This document shows positions 30,277 through 45,221 of a stretch of DNA of 64,000 bases, one piece after another. The stretch spans positions 144,336,001 to 144,400,000 of the forward strand of contig OZ024740.1 of assembly GCA_964016885.1 (NCBI GenBank), given 5' to 3'. Position numbers and translations under genes: made by a program. A model generated the notes under the pieces. The model was not told the origin of the DNA. It made no database searches and was given only the letters and a program-made list of their open reading frames with translations. The first letter of the stretch is position 1. Each line of letters opens with the position of its first letter. The DNA comes from Eledone cirrhosa (Eukaryota).

Positions 30277-31049
30277 AAAAGATTTCTACTCTACTGCTCA
30301 TTTTGTCTAAAAGTCTTCAATTCTCATATATCTTGCCTATTTCTGTGATATTCTTAAGACTGATTATACAAGTCTTATTTTCAGATGATATTTAAGAGAC
30401 TTGAATCAATAGCCCCTTAAACAATTCCATTACTCATGCTCATCTTTTGTTGATTAACTGTTTCATTACAACATTTATGATAAAATATATTTTATTTGGA
30501 TTAATCAATGAAAATTCTGAAGGAATTTACTGAAATTATTTCAATTATTAAGATATTTGTAAAATAAAAAGGGATTTTTTTAAATATAAAAATATGTTGG
30601 TGATTTTTTTCCCATAGAACCAGAAGTAATTTCAGAGCAGGTTGTTATTGAAAGGGTTAAATGGTTTTTTGCACAATTGTTTGAATGATGTACTGAATAT
30701 AAACTGGACATTTCAAAAACTTTTGATATTGACATATAGATGCTGTTGATAAGGCATTGCCAGACTTGAATTATTTGCCCCTTTAAAAAAAGAAAAATGT
30801 GATTAACTCATTTATGTCAGGAACGTGTGTATGCATATAAGACAATATCAATAGTTACGCACTCCAACCCACTTGTGTTATAATCAATTGCTTGATCTTC
30901 TTTGATTAGGCATTTTCATAATTCTATAATTAACACCTTTAATTTCAATAAGAATGTTTTAAATGGATGGTTTTGTTCCATAGAACCAGTGATGGTTTTG
31001 GGCAGGATGATATTGAAAAGATTAAATGCTTTTTTGCACATTTATTATT

Positions 31050-32660
31050 TAATGCCCCCATTCTACATGAAACAAGATTAGGAAAACATTATTGAAAAGT
31101 ACAAAACAACTCTATGAATCACATTAAAAACTAATAAAGATACTATAAACATTTTAATTAACAAACTTGGTTTTAGATATTTTCTGCTAAATAAATTAAG
31201 AGTTAGAAGTATAGGTATGACGGTTATGGATTTCCAAAAGACAATGGCATAAGTCAAGTGAAAGAGTTACAAACAGAAATCAAAAGCAGGTCACAAACAA
31301 TTTTACTAGCTGCTACTTCTTAACCATTTACTCTAGTGTTTGCAATGTGCACATATACATATTATAGCTTGATCAGAATGCACCTATATTTATATATACT
31401 TACGAGTGAGAATATAGATTTATTTAGCAGAATATATGCTTCTGGAAAGAAATTCAATTCTTGGCTATATTAACTGAACACAGTTCTCATTCAAGAGATA
31501 GTGAACTATATATTTTGCAGATAGAATTTTTCATTTGGGGATTAAACAGTACCGAATTACTTAACCTTTATGAAAGGTGAGAGAATAGTTGATAATATGT
31601 GTGAATAAGTAGATACAATTGTTGATCACAGCACTGAAGTCGTTTATGGAAAAATATTAATTACAAAAAAATCATAGAGCCTGGGGTTAGTCTTATAAAG
31701 TTTGTTCCTAGCCCAGAGGCTCATCAGACAGAACTTACCACAGCTTTATTGATGTTATGCAACAGCGTACAAGATCCCTTGACAGGATGCCAGTCCGGTT
31801 CATCATAGGATTAATTAATCCAAGTTGCGGCTGGTATTCGTTTTCAGATGAGTTGACTGGAGTTTAAAAACAACACGCTGCCAGACCCAGGAATCGAACC
31901 CACGACACTACTATTATAAGCCCAACACTGACCACTAGGCCATGTGCATAACAATATGATATAGAAATCATGGAAAACACATGCAGGACTAGCACCACCT
32001 GGAAGGTAAATAGAGTTCCAATAGTCACACTTGCACATTCATTCATAAAGGAATTTAGCGGATGGTTTCTGATGCAAACTGCATCAAATATGATAAAATC
32101 CAGATTAGCAATCCATCTTAATATTTTTTGTGGGTTTGTGAATAATGTAAAAAAAAGAAAATTGTCAGTAAAACTAGCTTTAATTCTTAACACACTATAC
32201 TACATGAAACTGCATTAGCAAAACATTCTTGAAAAGTACAAAACAGCTCTTTGACTGCATCACATAAAAAAAATTAAAGTCCTTACTCTAATATTACAGA
32301 TTTTCAAGACAATATATTCACTAATAAGGATACTATTTGCATTTGAATTAACACCTGCTTTTAGATAATTTCTGCCAAATCATTACAGAATGATTTGTTA
32401 TAATAACCCATAGAAAGAAAGATATGTTTTTATGAAAGCATTCATTAATAATAGATTTCCTTAACCCTTAATGTCCTGTACTGCATGAAACCACATCAGC
32501 AAGACATTCTTGAAAAGTAAAAACACAGCACTATGACTGCATTGCATTAAAAATTAAATTCTTTACTTGAGCTTACTGCATATTTTCACCATGATTTGTT
32601 CCCTAGTAAAGATACTGTAGACATTTGAATTACAAACATGTAGCTATTTTCTTCTTAAAT
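31050..32660 (+). repeat. Three diverged direct repeats (~31060, ~32200, ~32480)
   Basis: Shared block CATGAAAC...AAACATTCTTGAAAAGTACAAAACA...AAAGATACTA...TTTGAATTA. Confidence 0.6.
31690..31950 (-). mobile_element. tRNA-derived SINE
   Basis: Minus strand has TGGCCTAGTGG (A box) and GGTTCGATTCC (B box). Confidence 0.75.
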
Positions 32661-34184
32661 CATTAAAGAATATTAAGAATTAGTAAAGAAATGAGAAAAG
32701 AATTTCAGTCAGTTAAGATCTGAAAGTTTATTTTTGAGGAAATATGGCAAATGGTTTCAGATTTCTAAATTTCAGGGTAAATATTTATGAAAGAAAATTT
32801 ACCAGGTGTTAATTTTGGGAGCACTTTTTAGAGTACAATTTTATTCTATAAATATAGAATGAATGGGACAGAATCATACACATATTGCACAGTTTCATCA
32901 TATATGAAACTTTCACTCTGCTAACTGTATGGGAAAATTTGAACAATGACTAAGTGATAGATTAAAATAATAGAAATGCTACTACAGTCGCTCTCTATCA
33001 CTATCTACAAAGTAGGGTTAGGTAAATGTATCCATCTCATGAAAGAAAAAAATAAATAAATAAAAATAAAAATGAAATTAGTTAGCATGCATATGCTAAG
33101 GCATAAAAATAAATAAAGATAATACGAGATAACACTGAATTCCTACACCACTAGCCTAGCCATTTGTTTTTATGACCTGAATGTATAATCTGATATAATA
33201 TCTATCTAGATATAATTAGAAAACTAAACATCAATTCAAAACCTGATACTAAATAATATTGACTCACTTTTATACTGCATGAATCTACCTGGGAAAGTTA
33301 TGAGCAGTATATAACTTATCTACTATTCCAAAACTTAAATAGTAATATTAGTATATGGCAATTTAAGTTTTAATCAAAAGAGGTTCTTAGTGAATTTTTT
33401 CTTTTACTGCTTTCACAAGTAATACAGATGTGGTAGATAGAAAACATTAATTTGGAAGATTTAACTTCCTATAAAATGTTTCTAATGAAATTTAAAAGAT
33501 TTTTTCACATAACTTTTCAAAACAAACAGCTTTGTAAAAACGAGATAATTTGAAATTTAACAGAAAAATTATGCAGAACTGAAAAGATGACATCTAGACA
33601 ACTTTTATAGAGGAAATAAAAGAAAAAACACCAGTAGGATCTATTATCTTAAATAATTGTGGTAGCAGGAATGATTGACACAGTAAGATTATTTAGAGTT
33701 GAATAATGGTGAAAGGACATTTATATATAATTATAATATTTAAGTGATAAAAGCATATACATACATGTACATACTGAAGTATATTACAAATATAGTATAT
33801 GATGCTCTTACTGCCAATGAGATGATCCACATTACTACTGTTATATTTTTTATCGCCAATCAATCAAAATCCCGCAATTAGTGCAACTCTTGATGTTTGA
33901 CTGTGTGTGGCATTTCAGTGGGCCTTAAAGATGCTTGACAATACCCATCTCTTTTCTAAGTGCTCAATCCCTCACTGCCTGTTAGCAGAAGCAGCCACCA
34001 AGGTTTGGCTGAAAAATATCGCAGAGCCAGAAGTAAGAGTCAGGTGAGAACCAGTGTACCAGTCGGTCCTGAAGGATGCCAATGTTGGATATTAAAGTAT
34101 TCTCTCTACTCAAACACTCCACTTTTGAGATAATGTTTCTTTAAATCTTTGATAACAGTATGTTCAGTTTTGCAATGTTTCTTC

Positions 34185-35578
34185 AGGAATTTAGAGTACA
34201 GGTTGGTGTCCACCAGAGCTCTGTTCTTAGCCCTCTCCTGTTTATCATAGTCCTGCAGGCAATAACGGAGGAGTTTAAGACCGGATGCTCATGGGAACTC
34301 CTGTATGCAGATGACCTCGCACTTATAGCTGAATCTATGGTAGAACTAGAGAAGAAATTCCAAACTTGGAAGCAGGGACTAGCAAGAAAGGGTCTCAAAG
34401 TCAACATGACAAAGACTAAGGTCCTTGTAAGTAGACGAGAAAACAGAACCCAGATCCCCTCAGGGAAATAGCCCTGCTCAGTCTGTAGGAAAGGTGTAGG
34501 TAGGAACTCCATTCTCTGCCCCAAATGCAAACAATGGGTACACAAGAGATGTAGCGGGATCTCAGGAAACTTAATTAAGAATGTAGGCTTCACATGTAGC
34601 AGCTGTGCTGGGACAGCAAGCAGCAAACAGCCACAGGAAACAAGTACCACCAATCTCTGGGAGGGCTCTGTAGAAACAGTAGACAGCTTCTGCTACCTAG
34701 GTGACCGAATTAGCAGCGGAGGTGGGTGTTCAGAAAGTACAATAACTAGGGTAAGAACGGGATGGAAGAAGTTTAGGGAACTACTGCCACTGCTAGCTGC
34801 AAAAGAAGGCTTCTCCCTCAAAATGAAAGGCAGACTGTATGATGCGTGTAGCCGAACAGCAATGTTACATGGTAGTGAGACCTGGGCGCTGAAGGTGGAA
34901 GACTTACGTAGATTAGAAAGAAACGAAGCCTGCATGCTCCGATGGATGTGTAACAGTAATATACGCGAATGGCAAAGCATAAATGAATTGAGAGAGAGAC
35001 TGAACATAAGAGGAATCAAATGCTGTGTGCAGGAGAGGCGGTTGCGTTGGTATGGACATGTGATGCGTATGAAGGATGACAGCTGCATAAAAAGGTGCAG
35101 AGCACTAGAAGTGAGTGGAAACTGCGAAGTGGGGAGACCCAAGAAGACCTGGGATGAGGTGATAAAAGCCGACCTTACCCAATTACACCTCTCAAAGGCT
35201 ATGACACACGACCGTGACCTCTGGCGTCACGCAGTAATACAGAGTACCCGACCTCCCATGGGTACAAGCTGAAGCATGTAGACAATATGCCCCCACACAC
35301 TCCCACTGCAAAGTGGGAGTGGAGGTGCCACGGCAAAAAAAGCACCCAGCCCATACTGTAAAGTGGACATGTAGGTGCCACGGAAAAAAGCACCCAGAAC
35401 TCACTGTAAATGAGGTTTGTGTTAGGAAGGGCATCCAGCTCTAGAAATCTAGCCAAAATCAGTTCCTGTATGAGCAAAGCATGGTCAGCCGACCAGACAC
35501 TGCCCACAACAAGATAACCCGTCTAACCCATGCTAGTATGGAAGAACGGACGTAAAATGGTGGTGATGATGATGATGA
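34185..35578 (+). mobile_element. 5'-truncated RTE LINE, subfamily B
   Basis: YADD, PHD, YLG and C-terminal motifs; nonsense codon at ~34469; (GAT)n tail. Confidence 0.95.
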
Positions 35579-36504
35579 CTTCACTCTACTTTCAAAAAGA
35601 CAGTGAGTAATGAATGGTATGTCTGACTGAAAGAATTATTGGTATCCCAATGGCAATGGATACAGATATAAAATCTCAATATAGCATATATATTTTTAGT
35701 TCCTTACTTTTCCATTCTGATTTCTACCTCAGAAAGATGTCTAAGAAGCTGTATTGAAGAAGGCTCTTCATATGGATGATCAATATTATAGTGGCTCTTT
35801 ATACAAACAACCAATATGAACATTATGAGTATTTACACATTCATACCCTCTCAACATTTATTTCTTTTCCCTTTCTATCAAGGAAAATTGCCAGTCATTT
35901 ATGATATCATACCAAAGAGGGCACTTATGTAAATAACTGACTTGAAGAAACTTCCAGTTTGAAAAACCAAATTCCTAGTGTTAGAGTACATAAACATGTC
36001 TGGTCAATTTCCTTAATAACAGCTCAAATGGATATAAAGGGCAGAAAGCTTGGAAAGTGATCATTTTGTGTGTTTTACCCATCCTTCACAACAATATCAG
36101 TTGCCAATATGAAAATCAGTCAGGTTCAAAAGCCCTTGCCAAAATCTCATGATACAAAACAAATGAAAGGTTGCTTTTTTGGAATTATGCTAACAGAGAA
36201 ATGAGCATAAAACTGACTACAGCCATAAAAATATGTTGGTTAAGTAAATATAAAAAAATATATATGCAAACAGCCTTAGTCCCAAACTATATGTAAAATG
36301 TAAAGCCATCAAAACTGGTAATATGTAAAATGTTGAACCCATTTCAAATATGAAGTGAGTAAGGCCCTCAAAATTGTCGGACCACTTGTTTCCACATTCA
36401 CACTTTCTTGTTTGGTCTGCATGCAAACCAAGGGCTATAAAATGCTCAAAATACATATCTAAATCATTACAGTGCCAATAAATTTCAAAAAATTAGATAT
36501 TTGC

Positions 36505-36712
36505 TTAACCCTTTAGCATTTACATTACTCTATATTTACTATTATATTTCCACTGTAAAGACTTTGCTTCACATAATTATCTCACATAATATCAAATCTA
36601 TGAGATTTTGACATTTGAGAACAATACCTTAACATCAGTATAAGCAGTTGGTTACAACCGTTTTGAACAGAAAAAGGCGAGAGAATTCTGGCCGGATATG
36701 GCCAGTTTAAAG
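36505..36712 (+). mobile_element. TTAA-flanked MITE (piggyBac-like ends), 3' end damaged
   Basis: Begins TTAA-CCCTTTAGCATTTACATT; homologous to 39349-39606. Confidence 0.8.
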
Positions 36713-36749
36713 TAACATCTACTTTATGGATTCTTTGCAGAACTTTGTT

Positions 36750-37975
36750 TCAATGACATCAGAAGTAGGCACTAAACTGGTTGCACGCATCATCAATCAA
36801 GCTATATATGGCGGAGTCATACCCAAAGACTGGTGCAGCAGTATTCTCATAAATTGCTACAAAGGTAAAGGGGGTGCTCTGGAGAGGAGCAATTATAGGG
36901 GCATAAAACTGATGGATCAGGTTATGAAAGTGGCAGAAAGAATATTAGCGCAATTAATTAGAGAAAGGATCAAATTAGATGAGATGCAGTTTGGTTTTGT
37001 GCCTGGGAAAAGTACAACAGATGCCCTCTTCTTAGTGAGACAACTACAAGAGAGGTTCTGAGAGAAGAATAAGCTACTATACTTAGCTTTTGCTAATCTA
37101 TAGAAGGCCTTTGATAGGGTACCCCGATCTGTCATCTGGTGGTCTCTGAGGAAACTAGGTGTAGAGGAATAGCTTGTGAAGACAGTGCAAGCTATGTACA
37201 GTGGTGCTGTCAGTAAAGTGAGAGTAGGAATGGAGTTTAGTGAGGAATTCCAGATACAAGTAGGAGTACATCAGGGTTCGGCATAAATTCTATAAAATGT
37301 ACACAATGCAGATCTTGGGTACACAAGAGATGTAGTGGGATAGCAGGCAAACTAACAGTGATAGACACATTTTTCAAATGCAGGTGGGTTCTATAAAAGC
37401 GGTTGATAGGTTCCAGTACCTAGGTGATGAGATTAGCATAGGAGGGGGTGTGCCGAGGCCATAGTATCTAGAATAAGGATGGGTTGGAAGAAGTTTAGGG
37501 AGCTGCTTCCTCTGTTGACAAAGAAGGGTTTCTCCCTGCATACAAAAGGCCGGTTGTATGATGCCGATGCGCAACGATAGTGAGACATGGGCAGCAAACG
37601 CAACGGCTGGAGAGAAATGAAGCAAGCATGCTCCATTGGATGTGCAATGTCAATGTGCGTGAACGACCAAGCATGCCTGAGTTGAGAGAAACTGTGTATA
37701 AGAGGGATAAGTTGTAGTGTGCGAGGGAGAAGACTGCAATGGTATGGACATGTGAAGTGCATAGAGGATGACCGCTGGATAAAGAAGTGCCAAGAAATCC
37801 CAGTAGAGGAAGACAACGGAAAACATGGGCGGAGGTGGTGAGAGCTGACTTCAGATCACTGAAGCTCACAGAGGAGATGACGAAGGACCGTGACTAGTGG
37901 AGAGATGCTGTGCTGAATAGGACCCGTCCCACCCTTGCAAGCAGGGAAAAGCGGACATAAAATGATGATGGTGAT
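36750..37975 (+). mobile_element. Degenerate, internally deleted RTE LINE, subfamily C
   Basis: NYRGIKL, QFGF, KAFD and later motifs with stops; GATGAT tail. Confidence 0.9.
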
Positions 37976-37989
37976 ATATATACATACAC

Positions 37990-38490
37990 ACACATATTTC
38001 ATTTTAGTATTTCTTTTGCAAAATTTTGTATCTGAAAACTTGTGTTGAAACAGATATTGTTATACTTTGGGAGGGTCATGCTGCCAATAAAAACACATTT
38101 CCAGTTGGTTGGTTGGTTTAATAACTGGATGGTTGTATGTTTATTGCCAGAGCTCTTTCGTCACATTGCTACACCATCTTGTTTTAGTGTGGTGTGTACT
38201 TGGGTTGTGCATGCGTTATATCCGGGTGTATGTGTGTGTATTTATTTATATGTTTATTTACTTGTCACGAGTTGGTTGGTTGTTCTATCTGTGTGTGTCT
38301 GGTTTGTTTTATTAGTTTGGTTCTCTGTATGTCTTTATCTTGTCCTCAATTACTAGTTTTGATATTATTGTTATTCCACTCATGTTTTCTGTTTAATTTT
38401 GGTTGAAGTACGTTTAAGTTTGTCACTTCTGTTTTTCTAATTATTTTATCGTCGTACATTCATGTAGTTACTCATTAAATTGGGTATATT
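37990..38490 (-). mobile_element. Possible old Penelope-like 3' remnant
   Basis: Minus-strand peptide ...RKTEVTNLNVLQPKLNR resembles the PLE endonuclease terminus P-x-LN; no intact hammerhead found. Confidence 0.3.
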
Positions 38491-38502
38491 TCAACACATA
38501 TA

Positions 38503-38713
38503 CCCTTTAGAATTTAAATCAGCCATATCCGGCCAGAATTCTCTCACCTCTTTCTGTCCAAACCAGACGTAACCGGCCGCTCATAGCGACATTATGTATT
38601 CTTCTCAAAATAAATTATATCAAAATCTTGTAGATTCGATATTATGTGAGATAAAGCCTTTTCTGTGAAAATATAATAGTAAATATACAGTAATGTAAAT
38701 GCTAAAGGGTTAA
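38503..38713 (-). mobile_element. TTAA MITE
   Basis: CCCTTTAGAATTTA ... TAAATGCTAAAGGG-TTAA. Confidence 0.85.
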
Positions 38714-39348
38714 AGTGTTTTTTTTTTCAATCCAAACAAAATATTCCGTTAAGCTATTGATGTTTTTCCCAAATATCACAAAAGGTGTCCTTTAAATATA
38801 AAAGTAAACTATGAACCCTTAAATTCAGAAAGCAATGATGATTTAACTAAAGCAATAAATCATAACCAAGAAATAAATTTCATTTTTAAACAAAAGAATT
38901 CAAATATAATTTAAGAGATAGAGAGATGGGGATAGTTTGCCATCTATTATCTCTCTATATTTCTCTATTTTAGATATATACACTGAGAGAGATTTAATAT
39001 TTAAAGTGATAATTCTCTTGTAACTTATCTGAAATTGAACTTTATCTCTTACACAGCCATTGTTTTGCAACACCTATTGACGATCAAGTTCATACCTAGA
39101 AAGTGAAGGTGACTATTTTCCCACTAACTCTTGTTTTACATATTGTATTTTTTCTGAATTAATTTGCAATGAATACCAGGTTAAGCACATACAGCCAACC
39201 ACCCACCCTCTAAATTAGTTACACATTTCTTCTTAATGAATTCAATATCACAAGAGAATGAAACTGAAAACAAAGACTTAACCCTTTTGATACCAACCTG
39301 GACAAAACCAGCACCTACTTCTCTGAAATGAACCCCTTACATCCCATT

Positions 39349-39606
39349 TTAACCCTTTAGCATTTACATTACTCTACATATATACTATTATATTACTCTA
39401 CATATATACTACATATATATTATTATATTTTCATGGTAAAGGCTTTACCTCAATTATCTCACTAATTATCGAATCTATGAGATTTTGATATTTATTTTGA
39501 GAACTATACCTTAATATCAATATGAGTGACTGGTTACAGCTGGTTTGAACAGAAGAGGTGAGAGAATTCTGGCCAGATACGGCCAGTTTAAATGCTAAAG
39601 GGTTAA
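39349..39606 (+). mobile_element. Complete TTAA MITE nested in another TTAA-CCCTTT element starting at 39278
   Basis: Perfect 14-bp TIR CCCTTTAGCATTTA with TTAA on both sides. Confidence 0.9.
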
Positions 39607-41039
39607 AGAATTCTAATTTAAATTAAAATCTTTCATCAATTTTATATAAGAACTATTACAAATACTGCCTTAATTGAAATACAGTGTATGGTAATGAAAG
39701 GATTAATGGTCATGCACTTATACTTTACCTTTCTAACAACATTATGAACAGCTCTTGTGAATCTATCATTCATTCCTATTTCCACAAACTAGACTATGTA
39801 TATCAAACATATCTTGCAGTAAATTTGCTATCATTAATATGTAGATATTAGGAATCTATAAGTGTACATGTAGGATTCTGGTTAGATTAACAGTGAATAA
39901 GCATTGGCTAAGTCACTGGAATGGGTCCCTACTCATGGTTGCAACTACCCCACCTCAACTTCAAAATGTTAGATTAATTTCCCGCCTGTGTTGAGAAGGG
40001 AAGAGGGGTGGAGCATGGGGCTAGAAACCATACCTCCATTAATTACCTACAGAAATACAGAACAGACTTTTGATGCTTGGACATGGTCTACATATATCCA
40101 TGAAGAGACCAGTGAGGAAACCAGAAGAAAGGCATGGGAAAGAAGGCAGACCTGTCAAGCACTGCTTATAGTCTGTTGGGGGAAAACCTGCAAACATGGA
40201 TCTGGCCTGGGAGTCAGCTCACAACAAGGCTTGCAATTGTGTGGAACAGAGATCTCTTGTTGCCCAATGCTTCATAGTGAGCAAAAAGAACAAGAAAAAG
40301 ATGCATAGATGCAACCAATGTTGGTGAAAAGCAACTTTCTTTAAAAAAACGAATGAACTATATGATACATGCAAAAAATGTAATGTGATATGGCAGTAGG
40401 GCATCAACTATTTAATTAAAATTTCTGCACCTGGTGGATAAAATATCAAATATAATTTACTGAATAAACAAATTTGATAAACTAAGTTAGGCAGTGTAAA
40501 TGAATTAAAAAGAATACTGGGTATTTGAGTTTTAGTTATTGTATAATCGTGTAACATGTATGTCATGAGTGTTAAAAAAAATCAATGCTGATGAGGAAAC
40601 ATAAATGATATTCCATTCCCACATTTAGACTGATCACCACCTCTTCATTCCATAAAAACAATCAAATTCTTTGTGAACCAAAACTGCTGATGGAGAGAAC
40701 CCTGCTGTCAATGGAGATCAAGGGGCATACTGAACTTATGCTATAATAACCAATTACTTGGAACATTCAGTTTCTCTCTAATGTCATTTGTGTATTGCCC
40801 CACTTGGGATACACATTCTTTGATAGCACATTGTTGAAAGTAATGATCTTTTCTTCTTTTTGTTAATCTGCTCTTGTTAGTTGAATGTAAACAAGAAGCT
40901 ACAATGTACTGATGTTTATTTGTAGCCAAATATTTTACCATCAAAGGAAGTGTTTCTACTGAAGAATCTGAAGATACTGGTCATGGTTAGAAGGGGAAAA
41001 CGACTGCCCTTTTAGCTTAATAGATATGAGAAAGAGATA

Positions 41040-41340
41040 GCAGCAGCAGCATATACATATGTACACTCATACCAGCGTGGAAAAATTTACGTAAAAAGGT
41101 GAGAGAGCCATGCACCCCTCTCTTCTATTCATAACCAATATCTACGGATTTCATCAGTAGGGACACTTTTTTTTGTTGAAAACACACATATTCCGAAACT
41201 CTCACTTTGGTACATCTGTAGTAAAAAAATAAAATAAAAAGAAACATGGTCTTGGACAGATTTCTTATGGTGTGGATGATCAGAAGGAAATGTGGGGAAC
41301 AGAGTGTAATTTCCACCTAAATTAGAAATATGCACTCCAA
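41040..41340 (-). mobile_element. Possible old Penelope-like 3' remnant with decayed hammerhead
   Basis: HISNLGGNYTLFP resembles the PLE endonuclease C-terminal region; CTGATGA on the minus strand at ~41151-41157; GTACACTCA at 41061. Confidence 0.4.
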
Positions 41341-41570
41341 ATTAGAAATCTGAACATTATGGGCCCACAATGTGGAAAATATAGCCCACAAACGAATTTT
41401 ACTTTAAAATTTCACAATATGACATATGAACTCATACATTTACAGTGTTTACTAATTGTTCAATTTATATCCTTTTGTTTGCTTTCTTCTATTAATCTAT
41501 TTTTATCTAGTTTTCTATGACTATACCACTGTTTTTTAAATGCTGCCTAAAATATTTATTTCTGCCTTGT

Positions 41571-41773
41571 TTAACCCTTTAGCATTTACATTATATTTAT
41601 CATTGTATTTTCATAGTAAAGGCTTTACCTCACATAATATTGAATTTATGAGATTTTGATATTTATTTTGAGAACAATACCTTAACATCAGTATAAGTGG
41701 CGAGTTATGGCTAGTTTGAACAGAAAGAGGTGAGAGAATTCTGACCAGATACTGTCGGTGGCTAACGGGTTAA
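41571..41773 (+). mobile_element. TTAA MITE
   Basis: TTAA-CCCTTTAGC ... GCTAACGGG-TTAA. Confidence 0.85.
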
Positions 41774-43740
41774 GTAACAGAATGATCTTAGCAACTATAA
41801 ATTTTATTAAGTTTTCCATATCTTCATTTGTTTCTGGTACTCCAACTGAGAGTGGGACAACATTGGAGAGCCCATTTTCTTTTTCTCTTTTTCACATTCA
41901 CCCAGTTCTATTGTATGTTTAAATATGATCACATTTGCCCACTTTCCTCTCACAGGCAAGTTCTGCCCTAAAAGTATTTCAGACACACTTAACATTTGCA
42001 CATTTCCTAAATCTTGCTTCCTCTTCAATTTGAAGCTATTCTTAACTACTGCACGTTTATATCAGAAGATGTCCAAGTTAACTTTTTTATTGTTGACCTT
42101 GTCTGCTAACACCCAATATTTCTGTCAGCTTGTCTTAGTTATGAATGAAATAATCAAGTGAGTCATTTGGTAAGCTCCAAGAAAGAACATGATTTAATCA
42201 TACTAATCTATTTTGTAAGTGCACACACACAAATAATTACAAATGCCAAAGTTACAACATCCAGTATATTGTTGTAATTTCTAATAAATTTGTGACCTTC
42301 ACCAAGAAATAAAATACATACTAATTTAGTTACTGGGAAAGAGCACCCAATTCATGATACCTTTCAACTTCATAAATAAAATCAAAACTATTTTAAATGT
42401 TTCTATGTGTGAATAATTGTGATAGATATAAACAAGGTAAATTGATAAAGAATGAATTGAGAATCAACCATAATAATATATAGTATATGTTTGGATATTT
42501 ATTTATGTAATAATCTTTAAAATCTACACACACAAACACAGACAATGCATTTCCTATCGCAGTCATGTTGCTACAATAAGAAGTTCCTGGGTTCTAACAC
42601 TACATTTGTCCCTGTAAATAGTTATTTCTCCGAAGTTACTCATACTATAAGTCATTTGTACATATGTTAAACATTTATTTAATTATATACTAGAAATATA
42701 TTAAAATATCTTTATATTTAATCTATGCCACATATCAGTAATCAACATAAATTTTCTCTTGTGAAAACCATTAATTTATCAAAACGCATTTCCCAATTTA
42801 TTCGACTGTTCATATATCCAGTAATCCTGGTATAAATGGCATACCAATTATGGACTCTAAAATTAAATATGTTCAAGATTATTGATGATGCAGGTTCACT
42901 AGTTTGTTTATATATTTTCTCTAAAATCAGAACATGAAATAATTAGATATCATTGCTATACATTTACATTAAATCTAAGATGTATTATTCCTAAACTCAA
43001 ATGACTTATCTTATCAGTGTTCACTGAAGATGACTTATTATCAAAAATGTTATCATTGAGTCTTAACTTACACTTTTAAGCCCTAAACATTGACACCTTT
43101 ACAAACTACTAAATAAATTTCATATTCGAGTTTTGAAATAAAATTAGTCCCCCAAAAACTATGCTTCTAAAATCCCTACCATCTAGCAACACAAAACCCA
43201 TTTGTACTAAACTAGTTGCAAAGTAAATCAACTCCTTAAAATTTAGTGCATGAACCCATTTTGTCTTGCCATGTGCTATGCATGTCCATGAAAAGACCAG
43301 TGACAGTAACCCTTAAATGGAAACTAGAAAGATAACAGGAAACAAGGCAGATTCATCAAGACCTGGTTGTAGTCTGTGGAGGAAGACCTGGCAGACAAGG
43401 GCTTGGCCTTGGAGCAGGACAGTGACAAGGTTAGCAACCACATGGAATGAAGGTCTCTTGTTGCCCAATGCTCCAAAGGAAGCAAAAGAAACTAAAGAAG
43501 TCTCCTCCATGGCCATTTGCAAAGCCTTTAATCAGAGAAAATACCTAAATAGAAAAACAAAAACATGCCATTATTACTGTGATGCACTCCACACACAAGC
43601 TACTGAATAGTAGAGCATGAAATCAAACCAAAACATATCTAGAGTTAGAGTATATCGTTCCTAAAGATATGATCAATTATCTTTGAACCAGAATTGACCC
43701 CGAGACACTCAACAACAAACATTTTGAAAAGAAACCCATT

Positions 43741-43935
43741 GGTGGATTGGAAGAATTGGTAGTGTTAGATAAAATACTATTGTTGTATTTGTTCTTACTA
43801 TTTGAGTTCAAATCCTCCCATAGTCACCTTTGCCTTTTATCCTTCTGGAGTCAAAGTACCAGTCAAGTACTGGGATTTATTTAATTAACTGTACCATTGC
43901 CCCAAATTTGTTGGCCTTGTGCCTAAATTACAAAT
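43741..43935 (+). mobile_element. tRNA-derived SINE
   Basis: Homologous to 60720-60932; B-box-like GAGTTCAAATCC. Confidence 0.75.
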
Positions 43936-45221
43936 CCTTAATCTCTCTCTTACTAAAAATGTTCCATCTTTAGCTCGTATGATACTTAGTTTTTCTTTTT
44001 ACCAAACATACTATCTCTCTCCTTAAACCACAAGCCAACAGTGCACTCAATGGACTACTTCCTGTCCCTTTCAAGATCATTCTTTCATTAAAAGGTAAAA
44101 GTTAAGAATGATGTATTCAAAAATGTGATAGTTATAAAACTTAATCTTACACAAATCTTAGCAAACTGCTCATGTAGAATTTTAGTTTTCCTTGAATAAT
44201 TGCTTGTTAGACAATATTTTTCAATAAACTCAACTAAATGCTTTTTATGCTTTCAATTGATCACAATTCAGATTAGTGTATGGAAATATGGAAAGTAGAT
44301 GAAAATGATGATGATCTAACAAAATTGGCTTAGCTAATTTTCAGGTTATTTAAACACACACACACACACACACATAACTTTAATAGGTTTCAGCCAGTAT
44401 TGGCTCAGGCTATTTCTAACTTAATAGCACCACCTGGGGAAGTCTCTCAGATCATAATTCATATCCGAGTAGTGTTTTGAGCATCATGGCCGACTTTAGT
44501 AAAGAGTTATTGTTTTCAGAGTGATATCCGGGTGTTGGAGGATTATCTGGAATTTCTTGGAGGAATTTGTCCAGGGACATTTTGAATTTTATGGTAGCCG
44601 TTTCTGTTCTGATGTGTTTCGTATGATATTAAAGAGAGCAGGACCAGTTGAAGAGAAATAGTTGAGCTGTAATGTTAGGAGATGCAAGTTTTTTTTGTTT
44701 TGTTTTTTTTTGTAGTGGGCAGATTACACGGAGACCAAGCCTTGCGTGGATTTTCAAGTTGATGCCAACATCATTTGGGCAATGTTGATGGAATATTTTC
44801 TACATCATACACATGATATAGTGTTCACAGTGACATTGGAGAGAGAGCAAGTTTTTGTAGCTGACCTTAATAGTAAAGGCCTGTCATGTTACCTATCATT
44901 TTTGTAATTGACCTCTGGTGTGCTTCAATTTTCATAATACTTTGTTTCATGTGAGGAGACATCAGTGGACAACAGTAAAGAGAAGGTTGATGGTGGATAT
45001 CTCAACTGGAAAGTTCTAAGAATCCAGGAGCACAACCTATGGGTCATGTTAAGTTTGTTTATTCCAGCTTATTTGCTATCAACAATTACACCAAGGTCCC
45101 TGGTGTTTGTGTGTGTGTGTAGCATGGAAGACAGACGTTAAATGCGTGAACCTAATAAACCTTTATTTGTCTGCCTCTGTTTTGTTCCCGTATAAATTTG
45201 CACTATATATATATATATATA

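Noticed and set aside
31695-31732. Minus-strand CTGATGAGCCTCTGGGC
   Set aside because: A stem II-like hairpin is present, but no GAAA box or stem III follows; it lies in a SINE tail.
40586-40615. CTGATGAGGAAAC hammerhead-like match
   Set aside because: No stem II and no convincing stem I.
43018-43062. CTGAAGA-TGACTTATTATCA-AAAA possible hammerhead
   Set aside because: GAAA box is mutated and pairing is weak; at best a decayed relic.
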